DNA from: Camelus ferus
Lineage: Eukaryota
Assembly (NCBI RefSeq): GCF_009834535.1
Contig: NC_045697.1
Span: 22,570,001 to 22,634,000 of the forward strand
DNA: 64,000 bases
Direction: 5' to 3'
The notes below the pieces were generated by a model. It did not search any database and had not been told where the DNA came from. It was given only the letters and a program-made list of their open reading frames with translations. Of this stretch, positions 50,891 to 64,000 are shown piece after piece. The stretch's first letter is position 1. Each line of letters opens with the position of its first letter. The position numbers and the translations under genes are program-made.

Positions 50891-52934
50891 ATCATAAAAC
50901 TAATGACCATAATAAATATTGCTAGGTGGTTAGTAATCCACCACTTTCTAGAATCACACATGGTTTCAATACCATGAGGGTGCTCCCCTCCTAGGTTTGA
51001 GTTCTTATCTTTGAAAAAAAATACACACCTATTTGAATGGCCAACATCCAGGAAGGGCAGTATCATATTCTCTTGGATAGCTGCAAGATGCAGATTTTTG
51101 CTATTTCAAATCACCTTTAAATTTACAATTTCCTATGCGTTAAAATAAAACTATGGTCATAAATCTGCATTCAGTGAGCTCAGGAGCATGGTGACATGTG
51201 AAAATATATAAAAACATAAAAAAATGCATGCTGTTCGGGTCACGGGAGTGCCCGCAGCCCTGAAGATTTAGGTCCGTAGAGATACTCAAGTGTCCCTCTG
51301 AAAACTACAGTTTTATTTTAGTAGAATTTTGTTTATATATCTTGTTTCTATATAAGCCTATGAATTTGTCTAAAATTCTGAAACCCTGTGTTTCATCATC
51401 AAACAGGCTAACAGCCACCGTCACGTCAGAGAGCGGCTCTGAGATATGCGATGTCAAACTTAACTCTGTGGGAATAAATTGTAACTTCTAATTTCAATGC
51501 AGTTGAGTGTTTTCTGTTTTTTCTGTATCAGGTTTTTTCCACTTATAAATACAAGTGTCAAAATGTGAACTTTTTAAAATTTTACCTATTCTTATTATGG
51601 GTTTTCCCCCCTCCTCTATTTCTCTCTGCGATCTTCCATCCGTTCTTCACAGTCGTCTTTATTTTCCTTGATGAACTGCCTCCAAGAATCCCTCAGACTC
51701 TCCCATTTGATTCTCTCGTATAAAACTTGCCTTTGTAACACTGATAATTGAAGTTTGCCTCAGGGAGCATGTTTGCTTCAGGAAAAGGAAAGGAATAGTT
51801 TTTCCTTATGCAGTAAGATTACAAAGACCAATGATCAAAAGCCTGACGTAGCAAAGAAAGCCTTGGCATGCTGGGTGTGGGAAGCTCTCTTAGGACTGCT
51901 GTCACGGAAGATACCTGTCCAGTCCTCACACCGAGCCCCCGCTCTTGTCACTAACCACCAGCATTCCACTGAGTGTTAGGGTTGGTACCAGTTTTGTATC
52001 TTTATTTCACTGAGATTTGACGATTTCTGCTTAGGACAGTAGAATTAAAGCTTTCAATTTTAGACCAACATTTTCACCTTATAAAGATAAATTTTAGGAA
52101 ATCTTTTCTGCCATTTTTCTTTTCCTACCCCTTTATAAAGCTGTATCTACATGCTCCTTCATGTTGGACTTTTATAATTGAATTTCCCAATCAAGTCATT
52201 GAAACAGGATTCATTTCATAAGCTATCCAATCAGGCAGTTGAAATAATCTAGGTATGGAAGAATGTTCTTTGAAATGTTTCTGGACATGGGGACAGGCCT
52301 GATTGGGAGGGTTTCTGACAAACAGCTGTCAAAGCCTCAGGCTTTAGATCAATAAGCTGAGACTCCGGGAAAGATCTGAAGGGAAGAGAGTCATGCCAGT
52401 CTTGTTTTGGGGTGGAAAGTCCAAGCTGACAACCAGAGCTACATGTACAAGTTATACGTCAAGCTAGGTTCCTTCCATATCAGTTGGGTAGTCAGTGACA
52501 GGTGTCACAGTAGGGTGGACAAATATCCCAAAATGCGTTAGGGAGTCCACTTAAAGAAATTAATTTCAAATTGTGGAAGAATCACCAAATGGTGTGGCTT
52601 CTTGCAAACAACAGTTTCTCTGATCCTTGAGTTTTCGTATCGACACAATGGGGACAATCAAATGCTAGCATAATTTATAAGCACTTATGCAAGGTGGACT
52701 TGCATAAATGTTTGAATACAGAGGAAACTTTGCCTAAGATCTAACATTCTAGTGATGAGAGCAGACAGAACTAACAGTAAATATTTATCAGTACAATAGT
52801 ATTGCTTTGCTTTTCTGTAGTGCTTCACTGTTTACAAAACACATTTACAAACATCTTTCTCAGATCCTTACATAGTATATAGGATGCAATTTATCATTTG
52901 AAAGGTGACGATTAAAAAGTCTGAATTAAAATAA

Positions 52935-53510
52935 ATCTATTAGGGACCTTTAATTTGTCAGAGAAATAAATTAAAACCTAAAATAGCTTGAGTTAAAAGA
53001 TATTTTATTGGCATATACAGTAACAGAGTCTGAGATGAGGGAGCTTTCAGGCATGACTGGATTCAAGGCTAATAAAAGAAAATAGTTTTAAATCATTTCT
53101 CAGAAATATCAATACTTCTTGTGTTTTGTTTCATTCCCAGGCACGGAGCTGTATCCCCAGCTGACTCTAAACATACACCCTGTGGTAGGAGGAAGGTGGC
53201 TCCCGCCTCTTCACCCAGAAAGTTATAAAGGTAAATTCAATTTTTCAATAATGTCTGTAAAATTCCTGAGAGTAAGTCTGATTTGAAAGATTTGCATTGC
53301 ATGCCCAATCCTCAACCAGAAGCTGGGTAGAGAGGAATAAGGTTAGCTGTTAGTGAAGGGCTCAATGGACAGGACAGAGCACTGGGAAGCAGAAGCCTCT
53401 GTTTGACCCCAGGAGCAAAGTATCCACACTCTGTGTATTAATGGATAACCAAATAAAAATCACGACTGATGCTCAAGGAGGAAAGGATGCTGGGGACGCC
53501 AGCTGAAATG
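52935..53510 (-). mobile_element. Old MLT1 (K/L-like) LTR
   Basis: ttttattggcat...gctttcaggcatgactggattcaagg...catgcccaatcctcaacca. Confidence 0.6.
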
Positions 53511-55504
53511 TCCGCCTCTGAAGATGAACAGTTAAAGGTATAGGATATAGGCAGCAACAGAACCCAGGCACTCTGCAGATACACAATGCTTTCTTTTTTT
53601 TTTCAAATTAGAGATTGGGAAAAGTATAAAATATATGTTGCAAGTATGAAGTGATTAGAAAATTGAATGAAAAAAAAAAATGGTTCCCGTGACTCAAGGA
53701 ACTAAAGTTGCTTCAGTCATCGTAAATAAGCCCGGAAAAACTTCACGGAAGGCATTCCACTTAAAGAATTACACAAGTTGCCTTTGGATTGTCCATTGAT
53801 AAGTCAAATTTGAACATTTGACATGTGAATTCCATGAACATGTCAAATTTGAACATGACCAAGTGAATTCCATAGATCATATTTCTGGTACAGACATATC
53901 CAGGGAAATTATTTTTCGATTCAATGTATATTTGGCTGCCTGATTTCACCAGACTACATGTATTAACAGGTTTAAACACTATTCAACAGTGACAGAGACA
54001 TGCACTCATTGTAGAAACACAAGCATAGCTAGCGGTATTTCCCAGAGAGCTATCAGCCCTGTAACTGAAGTTGCAGCCTGTGAATGCAGGACTCCTCAGT
54101 AATTACTCTTCCCTTTCAGATCAGAAGGAAAATAACCTCATGTATTTATAGCCAACTCTATTAGGTATTCAAGGATAATCTGTTGATTCATGCACTGATT
54201 TCTCATACAGGATGTTGTTATTTGAAGGGATTTGCTCACGGGAAAAGATCTAATTGGCTTGATTGTATAAGCAGCGTGGCCTTCGTAAACAGCTGATGTG
54301 TGCTATTTGTTGGCGTTTGCAAATGTAGATTAGAGAGGAAGAATGGAGGGTGGGAGGGAGAGGAAAGGGCTGCCAATACATTTCACCAGCTTAGTTTATT
54401 GATAACCTGTCGCCTTGTCCAAAGTTGAGGTCGGTATATAAATTTACTTTTTTTAACCATATGCTAATGTGAAGAATAAAAATAAAAAGCTGAGCTAATT
54501 TGGTTAAATAAACTATATTGATAGCAGCCAATCCAAGCTATTGCATATGAATTGCCTAAGCATAGAGCTTAAAATACTAACGTGATTGTGTTGAAGCCAA
54601 CTTGGTGGCCATATAACTCTGGAACAAAGTCTTGCTAGATTAGAAACATGTAACAATGGTAAGTGACTTATCATGGTGCTGACACAATTTAGTAATATAA
54701 TAGGACGAGTTTTTTTAAATTGGCCTAAAGAACTTTACGGGGTTATTTTAGAAACATGACCACAAATCCTAGTGGTCCTATTAACCTCATTCAGAATTGT
54801 CTATTTCTTAAGTTGTAGAAACATGAAAGCATTTAAAAATACAGGCCAAAATCATTTGAATGCATATTCTGTCAACACTTCTTTGGGCCCTAGGATAAGT
54901 TAGAAATTTTTTTTTTTCATGCTTCCACCTAGTGATTTGCATATAAGGAGATCATTTTAATTTGATAGGATAAAATGCTGAAATGTTTTACTCAATAAAG
55001 GCTACCAGCAGCATGATTATCCAGGACATGTGGAGGCTTTAAGCCAAAACGAGCTTTGGAATGTAGACCTGTAGAATGGGTTAAGAGGCCAAATTCTACA
55101 GTATTTTTTTTTCTACTCAATTCTAGGATGAGTCTTCAGTGCTGTGAGTCTGATTAAAAAAAAAAACAAAAAAACCCAAAAAACACTGAGAGTTCAACCA
55201 TATTTAATTTATAGGAAAACAAGATAATATTTTAAAATAAGGAAAAGCTCACTGTGTGACAATTTAAGATGACAAAAGTGAGGAAGAGAAATGGAAAGGG
55301 GAGGAAGGGGTCAGGAATACAGGACTGGGGAGATGGAAAAATAAGGATTTTTCTTTAAAAGGGAGTCAGACCCAGAGGTTGCTGAGATACCACTGATTGT
55401 CATAGCAGGTGTCTCTTAAAGGGTCTAATTCCTTGTATTTCCTGATCTAGATCACTTTTCAAACTCGATCCATTTATTAAAACATACCATCAATTTCTTC
55501 AAGA

Positions 55505-55790
55505 GACAGAATAGTGAAAATCATTAAGAACATGACTCCTGGAAAAATCACAACTGAACTGGAGTTTTGGCTCTCCTGCTTAATTGCTGTGACATTGGGC
55601 AAGATACATAATCTCTCTGTGCCTCAGTTTCCCCATCTATAAAATGGATGTATTAATATGTTCCCTTTATGAGTTTGTTGTTTTTGTTGTATATATTAAA
55701 TAAACTGTTTTAATATATATGTTATGATATTACATGTATCTAGAATAGTGCAGAAATAAACAGAGCCTATATTGTTAGCTATTACTATCA
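55505..55790 (+). mobile_element. MIR SINE, near full length
   Basis: gctgtgacattgggcaagatacataatctctctgtgcctcagtttccccatctataaaatgg...tgttagctatta. Confidence 0.9.
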
Positions 55791-55829
55791 CCAACCTAGT
55801 GTATTATTACTGGAAGGGCTTTATTTCTA

Positions 55830-58800
55830 CATTTTAATAAAATTTTCAAAAGGTTTGAGATTTACAGATAGTTTGAGAAGATAGTATCAAATTCCCATGC
55901 ATTTCACAGCCAATTTCCCCTATTAATGTCTTACAAATAAATGATTAATTTATGATAGTTAATAAACCAATTATTGATATGCCATTGTAAAACAAAGTCT
56001 AAACTTTATTCAGATTTTCTTAGTTTTTATCTAATGTCTTTGGGCTGTTCTAGGATCCCACTCCAGATGCCACATTACATGTAGTTTTCATTTTCCTTAC
56101 GCTCCTCTTGGCTGAGAGAGTCTCTCAGATTTTCTTTGTTTTTGACAACCTTACAGTTTTGAAGGGATTTTGTGGTATATCCCTCAATTGAGATTTATCT
56201 GATGGTTTTCCAGGATTAGACGGGGATTATGGGTTTCAAGAGGAAGACCACAGAGGTTAACTGCCACCTTCATCACACCACACCAAGGGTACATACCATT
56301 AATGTGACATCACTGTTGACGTTGAATTTGAACATCGGGCTTGAGGTAGTGTCTGTCAGGTTTCTCCACAGCAAACTTACTCTCCCCTACCCAGCCCATA
56401 CTGTATTTTTTGAAAATACTTCACTCTGCACAGCCCACACTTAAGATGCAGCACCCTACTTTTCACAGCCTCAAGGGTGGAATATTTACATAAATTATTT
56501 GGAATTTTTCTGCATAAGAAATTTGTCTATTTTCACCTATTCTTTGTTTGATTAAACAAACATTTAATTATATCAAAATAGAATCATGGATGTTTAACAT
56601 TTTTGGTTATAATTCAATGTTTAATTTATTCTGTTGTTCGAAGTGTTTCACCTTTGGCCAAGATGAGTTTTCAGTTGCCTTCAGTGTTCTTTTGACAAAT
56701 TATCATCATTGTGTGTGAGAGGGTGTATGTGTGTGTTTAGCACATCCTTACTTTATGGAACTACAAGATACTCCGAGTTTATCTTGTATGTTTCCTGTCC
56801 CAGACTTAGAATCAGCCACTTCTCTGAGGAGCCCCAGTTTCTTTTATTAGAGAATGGTATTAGGAACCAACCTCTGAATTCCATATGTGCTTACTGCTTC
56901 TGGCGTGTGTCCTTGGTCTAGGATTTCTCAGCTGACAGCAGAAACATTATGTGCATACTAATCAATGTATATACAAATAACTAAATATTTTCTAAATATA
57001 ACTATCTAACTATATTAAGCTACACCTAAGTCTATATTGATGTATCTAAGTTTAATCAATTACCACAAGGATCATTCTACCTTCCTCCTCTTGCTTATTT
57101 GCTACCTCCCACTCCAAAAGTGAGAAACCTGGCACCCCCTATACATTTAATTATTCACTTCTGGCATGTATATAATGTTATATGTATGATACCAGAGATA
57201 TTAGTGCATACTACCATGGGAAACAGTTTTATCAAGAAGACTACAGAACTCAAGTACTTTTTACACTAAATTTTAAAGACTCTACTCATTTCCCAAGATA
57301 CTCAAGTAGGTAACCCTCTTCCCCCACCATCTCCACTTCACTGAATTTATCTCATGAACTTTGAATACAATTAGATAATTTTGTCAATTACTCATTGCAT
57401 CATGAATTCTTCAACACTGTACATTGTTTTTAAAACTTTTAAAACTTTTCATATTCTGTGTGCTGCAGTTCTGTGTATTTTAACAAAATGCATCGTGTCA
57501 TGTATCCACAATTACAGTATCATAGAGAATAATGTCACTACCCCAAAATTCCCTTTTGGTTCAATTATTTATCCTTCCCTGTTTTCCACCTAAACTCCTG
57601 GTAAACATTGGGCCTTTTACTGCTGCTATAGTTTTGCCGTGTCCAGAATGTCATACAATTGGAACATGCAGTATGTGGCCTCTTCAGACTGATTTCTTTC
57701 ACAGAATCTCTGTGCCGACTTATCTCACATTTAAGATTCATCTGGTGTTTCATAGCTTGATAGCTAGTATAGTGTAATCACTAAATAATATTCCTTTGTA
57801 AGGATGTTCCATAGTTTGTTTATTCATTCATCTCCTGAAGAAAAGCTTAGTTGTGTTCAGTTTGGGATGATTATACCTAAAGCTGTAATAAATAAGTAAG
57901 TTTTTGTGTTAATACTAAATTACTCTTTTTTCTCTAGTTTCCTAAGGCAGAAGCTTAGGCTACTGATTTTAGATCTTTCTTTTTTTAGTACATATCTTTA
58001 ATGCTATACATTGGATTTCCCTCTTAGTATCATTTTTGGTACTTTTCATGAATTTGGTGCATCTTACAAATTCCATACATTGTAATTTTATTTTCATTTA
58101 GTTCAAAGTATTTTTTAATTTCTTGTGAGATTTCTTTGTGATATGTATTATTTGGAACTGTGTTGTTCAATCTCCAAATATTTGGGGATTTCCCAGCTAT
58201 CTTTCAGTTACTGATTTGTAGTTTAATTCTATGGTCTGAGAACTTGCATTGTATGATTCCTATACCTTTAAGTTGTTAAGGTGTGTTTTATTGACCAGAA
58301 AGTGGTGTATCTTTGCCAATATTCCATGGGAGCTTGAGAAGAATGTTTAATCTGTTGTTTCACAGCAAAATAGATAAAAAAATAAAAAGGCAACCCACTG
58401 AATGGGAGAAAATATTTGAAGATTATGTATCTGAAAAAAGGTTAATATCCAAAATATATAAAGAACTTGCAACTCAATATCAAAAAAAATCCAATTAAAA
58501 AATGGGCAGAAGATCTGAATAGACATTGTTACCAAAGATGGCCAGCAGGTACATGTAAAGATGGTCAACATCACTAATCATCTGGGAAATGCAAATTAAA
58601 CCACAGTGAGATATTACCTCATGCCTGTTAGAATGGTTATTTTTAAAAAGAAATACTGTGTTGGTGAGTTTGTTGAGAAAAGGAAATCCTCCTGCTCTGT
58701 TGGTGGAAATATAAATTGGTTACAGCCTTTAAGGAAAACAGTATGGACTCTCCTCAGAAAAATTAAAATCGAGGAATTACCCTTTGATTCAGCTATTCCT

Positions 58801-60830
58801 CTTCTGGGTATTTATCTGAAGAAAATGAAAACACTAATTAGGAAAGAAATTAGAACATGCATCCCCATGTTCATTTCAGCATTATTTACAATAGCCAAGA
58901 TATGGAAACAACTTAGGTGTCCACTGATGGATGAAGGAATAAAGAAAATGTGATATATACACACACAATGGAATATTATTCAGCCATAAAAAGAATGAAA
59001 TCTTGCCATTTGTGCCAACATGGTTGGACACTGAAGACATTACGATAACAGAAGTAAGTCAGTCAGAAAGACACATACCACACAATCTCACTTACATGTT
59101 GAGTAGTTTAAAAAAAAAACCCTCAGAAAACAGATTAATGGTTGCAAGAGACAAGGAGTTGGGAGGCTGACAAAATGGATGAAGGGAGTAGAAATGTACA
59201 AATTTTCAGTTATAAATCATGGGGATGCAATGTACATCATGGTGACTACAGTTAATATTGTATTGCATACTGGAAATTTGCTAGTAGAACACATCTTAAA
59301 AGTTCTCTTCACAAGAAAAAAATACATAACTATGTATGGTGATGGATGCTAACTAGACTTACATTTCACAATACATACAAGGATGAGATCACTGTGTTGT
59401 ACACCTAAAACTAATATGTTATATGTCAATTATATTTCAATAAAAAGATACAAAGTAAAAAAATGATCGATATAGTTAGATTAATATCCACCATATTTAT
59501 AAATTTTCTAGTTTATATGTTCATTGCTTTCCTTCTCCTTCATCTGCCTTCTCTAATTTTAACTAAGCATTCAAGATTATTGCATTTTCCCTATTCTTAG
59601 CATATCAGTTATACGTACTTACAAAAATGTTTAGTTGTTCTTAGAATTGGCAATATAGATTTTTAACTAATCTAAGCCTACTTTCAAATAGGTAGAATAT
59701 GACATATCATGTATAGTGTAGTTATCGTATAAAAATGTTCCCAATTTCTTCCTCTTTTGGATATTACTGTCATTTAACTTATCTATAAGCTGTGATCATC
59801 CAATACATTTTTATGTTAATTTGATCAGTTCTCAGATCAAGAATGAGAAAATTTTAAATTATGTTCACTTCAAATATATTTTTTATATGATCTTCCTTTC
59901 TTTATGTAGATCTGAGTTTTTGACCCAGATAATTTTCTGTTAGCTCCCTTAGCATATTAATCGTAGCTATTTACTATTGCCTGTTGAAATTCCAATATCT
60001 ATATCATATTTGGGTCTTGTAATGATAAATACTTTGTCTCTTCAGAATGTGTTTTTCCTTGCCTTTTGGCACGCCTTGTAACTTTTTATTGAAATCAAAC
60101 ATGATGAGGGTGAGTCTACATCTAGCAGCGTTTTAAAGCTATTAATTCACTGCTATTACACTGGAATCCTATTGATGTGGTGAATATATGAAGAAGAAGG
60201 ACAGAGATTTAATGTTGTAATTAAATCTTAGTATTTCAGTGGACTGGTGTCCCTGGGTGTGATATTCACACGTTTCTTAATTTGTATCTCCAATTATGTG
60301 AGACAGAAGTCCAGAGGGGTGGAGTTGAGAAGTAATCCCAGATAAGATAACAAGGCTTTGTCTTTCTCCCTGCAGATTGGACCCTTGGGATGGGTAAACT
60401 TCAGGTGACTTTCACTCCTGGTTACTTTTCCTTTTCCACTACTAGAGCCAGGAGGATATCTTTCTTGGTTCTTCACAGTGGGTTCCTGCAGGTAAAACCC
60501 AGAGGAGTGCAAAGCCGCCCTTACACTGTGGTTCCCAGGAGTTTCTTACTCTCTAGCTCTAGCTGACACTGTCTTTGGCACTCATTGAAATTACCTACCC
60601 CATCTGTTTATGTCTCCAGCTGCTTCTGCTCCATATGATTAGATCTTGGCTGTGACTTTTAGAATCACCTGTCTCCTCATATTTCAGTCTGTCAGAATGC
60701 CCTGTGATCTTAGTTCTCTGATGAGTCCAAGAAAGGTTATCAATTTTTAGTTTAAGAGTTTTTAGGAGAAATCTCAAAAAACTGGCATGATGTCTTCTAA
60801 GTTATTTTCCTGTAGGAACTAAAACCAAAA
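55830..60830 (-). mobile_element. L1MD-like element with internal deletions, interrupted by a sense L1MA
   Basis: Antisense 3'UTR 55830-57900; ORF2-start and inter-ORF pieces 57920-58350 and 59460-59950; 5'UTR to ~60830 homologous to 4400-4560. Confidence 0.8.
58360..59460 (+). mobile_element. L1MA9-like 3' region
   Basis: ORFs 58313-58498 (KIKRQPTEWEKIF) and 58606-58953 ([13 protein letters not shown]); 3' end tatgtcaattatatttcaataaaaa. Confidence 0.9.
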
Positions 60831-61835
60831 AAGGACATTTTTTTTAGATGAAAGAGAACAGATTGAGATAGAGTAGATCATATTTAGTAAAAGTAAGAAA
60901 TACTTCAATCACATATGTGTGTAATCAATGTGTCAAAAATAATCAAACTTTAAGAAAAATCTGAAGAGTACTAATCCAGAGCACTGGTCAAGTCTTGCTT
61001 TTCTGTGATGGTGAGCATTTGTATGCTTAAGTATCTATTTTTAATTAAATTAATATAAAACATAGAATAAGATATATTTTGGATTTCACACAATCCCAGT
61101 GTACTGGCTATAATGGCACAGCTTTCTCTCAGAACCAGAGCTTTGCAGCGGTCTCTTGAGAAGTGCTCCTGTAGACATTAACTCACTTTTGACAATGTTG
61201 ACCACTAAAAATACATTAATTTTAAAGGACTGAAGAAAAAAATTGGACAAGGTAAATAAATAGCACTGTAGGAAAAATCCCAGTATCTTTACTCAGACTG
61301 AAGTTCAACTTCTCAAATTAGTTCTCTATTATTTCATTATTCTGTTCTCACTGGGGAATAATAGCCTTATTCACATCAGTTAACCTTCAAGTATGTGGAA
61401 AATTGATATTTAATGCTTAAAAAATTAATATGTGTCATTTTAAAATGTTTCTGATTTAAACACAGGAGTTGGGTTAGAAGACATTGTGTAGATCATTCCT
61501 CAGCATCAAACACCTTATCTTGAGCCATCCAGCCTGGACACTGTCCTGTTTTGGGTACTAGTCTTTGAAAGCTCTTGTTTCAAAATTCTTCCCTGGGAGT
61601 GGACCCCAAGTTTCCTCTTATTACCAGAATCAGGAACTCTGCCTGTGATATCAGACTAAAATCGAGCATACCTACTGACAAACTTTGCAAAAACTTCAAA
61701 TCCTAGGAAAATGAGTCCTGTGATTCTCATCTTTGCATTTTACCTATTTTAGCCACTGTTGCTAACATATCAATAAAAATAAGATGGCAAAAATCCTAAT
61801 ATGTAGAACACTTGGTCCCTTAGAGAAGTATATTC

Positions 61836-62326
61836 TATTTATATAATGGAATATGACTCAGCCATAAAAAAGAATAAAATAATGCCAATTGCAGCAACAT
61901 GGATGGACCTAGAGATCGTCATTCTAAGTGAAATAAGCCAGAAAGAGAAAGAAAAACACTATATGATATCACTTATATGTGGAATCTAAAAAAATTAAAA
62001 AGAGCACTAATGAACTCACCTACAAAACAGAAACAGACTCACAGACATAGTAAACAATCTTATGGTTACTGAGGAAAGGGGTGAGAAGGATAAATTTGGG
62101 AGTCTGAGATTTGCAAATGTTAGCCACTATGTATAAAACTAGATTAAAAAAACAAATTTCTTCTGAATAGCACAGGGAACTATATTCAATATCTTGTAAT
62201 AATCTTTGATGAAATATAATATGAAAACGAATATATGTATGTATATGCACAACTGGGACACTGTGCTATATACCAGAAATTGACAATTGACACATTGTAA
62301 CTGACTATACTTCAATTAAAAAAAAA
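61836..62326 (+). mobile_element. Young L1 3' end (same subfamily as 49007-49778)
   Basis: Closely similar to 49295-49765, ends in poly(A); no clear TSD. Confidence 0.9.
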
Positions 62327-63337
62327 CTTAGCTAGAAAATAAAATGTCATATAAAATATTTCATAAAGTACACCTTGTATCCACTGGCCTTTTTTTCAGT
62401 ATATGATCAACTGGGAATACTAAAGAACATTATGTCTTTTCAAGTGAACCTGTACTAAATATTTTTTAATTATTTAAGATTCTAAATATTTGTATCTTTA
62501 CTAGTATCTGAAACTGGATCAAAATTTTATGGTAAAAAATATAAAGTTAATTAAAAATACGTAAAAGTCATTACTAAACTGGAAATCTGAAAACTTGGAT
62601 CCTGAACAAATGTATAATGCTAGATGTTTTGTGGTGGGAAAGTAATTACCCACCATAAATCTCTATTTCCTTTTCAAAAACTAAAGAGGGTTAATTCAAT
62701 TATATGATTAATCCTCTTCTAGCTCTGAAGTTGTACATTTGATTTCACTAACACATTAACTCTTTCAGAGATAGTAAATCTTCCATTTTATTTTTCACTA
62801 TGTATTTCTTGCATTTCCTTATAAGAAAGAGAACTGACCAAATTGCTGCTGGATATCAAACAACTTATTGTTAATATTGTGAATGTCTATGGGTTTGATT
62901 TTTCCAGTTTTACGTATCTGAAAAATACAAGGATCCTTTATACTAAGAAAAAATTTTATTTTCCTTACTGAATACAATTTACATTTTTCTTTATGTAGAA
63001 AGTCTTGATTCTTCTTTTCAATAAATACATTTAAAAGTGCCAAAAACTTTCTCAAAGAGACAACTGATTTCACTGATGATCATAAAAAGGCCAGAGAAAG
63101 CTGATAATGGAAAAAGTGATTACCTGATAGAGCTCTTTTGTTGAATGTTGGTCTTAGGGAAAAATCCACGATGAAAATGTACTTGAAGAGATGACTACCA
63201 CTGCATTCCACAAGCAGAGCCAGTGTATCTAAAATTCAAGATTTCTCAAATATGTTCCTGTGTTTTCTTCTGGACTTTGAAACTGTCATTTGAAATATCC
63301 AGGTTTATACACATGACTTTCTTGACCACTGTACCAG

Positions 63338-63815
63338 TATTGTTAGTTAACTTTGTGTTGTAACAGCCGAATCTAATAGGTGGCGGTTTAAAGCCACAAT
63401 CATTTATTTGGATCTATGGTGGGTGAATCTTCACTCTGGGCTGAATGTATCTATGTAAGTTTTTTACTGGTCTTGGTAAGGCTTACACAAAAACCTGCAG
63501 TTAGCTGTCAGAGTGGCTGGCAGTCAGTCTAGAGGAGTCTTGGATGGTTTGTTTCTGCTGTCTGTGATTGCTCAACCTCCTGTAGGTTAGCCCATATTTA
63601 TGCAAATGGTGACGAGGTTCACAATAACAGCAAGATTGCAAATGGCGAAGTTCCTTTGGGTCTAGGCTTACACTTCTTACATCAGTTCTTCTGAATTCTG
63701 TAGTTCAAAGGAAGTCACCAAGACAGTGCAGATCCAAGGGACACAGAAATAAACCCTATCATTGATTAAAGGAACTACAAAGAAGGGAGGTCATCTTTTC
63801 CCCACTTACTACACT
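63338..63815 (-). mobile_element. Old MLT1 (G/H/I-like) LTR
   Basis: ggtttaaagccacaatcatttattt...aagtcaccaagacagtgcagatccaagggacacagaaataaacc. Confidence 0.65.
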
Positions 63816-64000
63816 GCTAATAAATTAATTTATCAGCACATTCACATCCATGGAACAAGTTTGAGGTTAAACGTTCAGGAACTTGAGAATATAGTCTGGT
63901 ATCTGGCTACTTAGTAAATCCCCAAGTTGTGGTCCTAAACAGTGAATGTAAATTATCATATTAAACTTTTTGCAGCTAAAATTTAGAAACTTCCCTGATG

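Noticed and set aside
52682..52710. Hairpin ttatgcaag-gtgga-cttgcataa
   Set aside because: A 9-bp stem is expected occasionally by chance in 64 kb of AT-rich DNA
40284..58953. ORFs with a WK.VW.FL..L.I.LPYD motif (40284, 46261, 49067, 58606)
   Set aside because: Fragments of LINE-1 ORF2 C-terminus, not host genes
1..64000. CRISPR arrays, operons or other prokaryotic systems
   Set aside because: Sequence is clearly mammalian; no repeat-spacer array or dense coding structure

Overview
AT-rich, non-coding mammalian (eutherian) genomic DNA, either intronic or intergenic. I find no credible protein-coding exon, RNA gene or CRISPR array; the supplied ORFs are chance frames, microsatellite read-throughs or decayed LINE-1 ORF2 fragments. 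Roughly half the window is interspersed repeat: old L1M elements, L2, MIR, MaLR/ERV1/ERVL LTRs, and hAT and Tigger DNA transposons. Three copies of younger L1 3' ends resemble what I recall of camelid L1s. No Alu, B1, ruminant Bov-tA/BovB or pig PRE-1 SINEs are visible, so a camelid origin (alpaca/llama/camel) is likely but unverified. The most unusual structure is a ~290-bp inverted repeat of apparently unique sequence (8355-8646 / 10212-10500, ~92% identical, outer 59 bp perfect) around a 1565-bp spacer. Other notable items are two twin-priming L1 inversions (one with a nested ~26-bp micro-inversion), a probable short L1 3' transduction, a solo LTR whose end forms a perfect splice donor, a candidate non-coding exon and several motif-rich candidate enhancers. 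Repeat names come from recalled consensus sequences rather than a search, and boundaries are approximate unless TSDs or TIRs are quoted.
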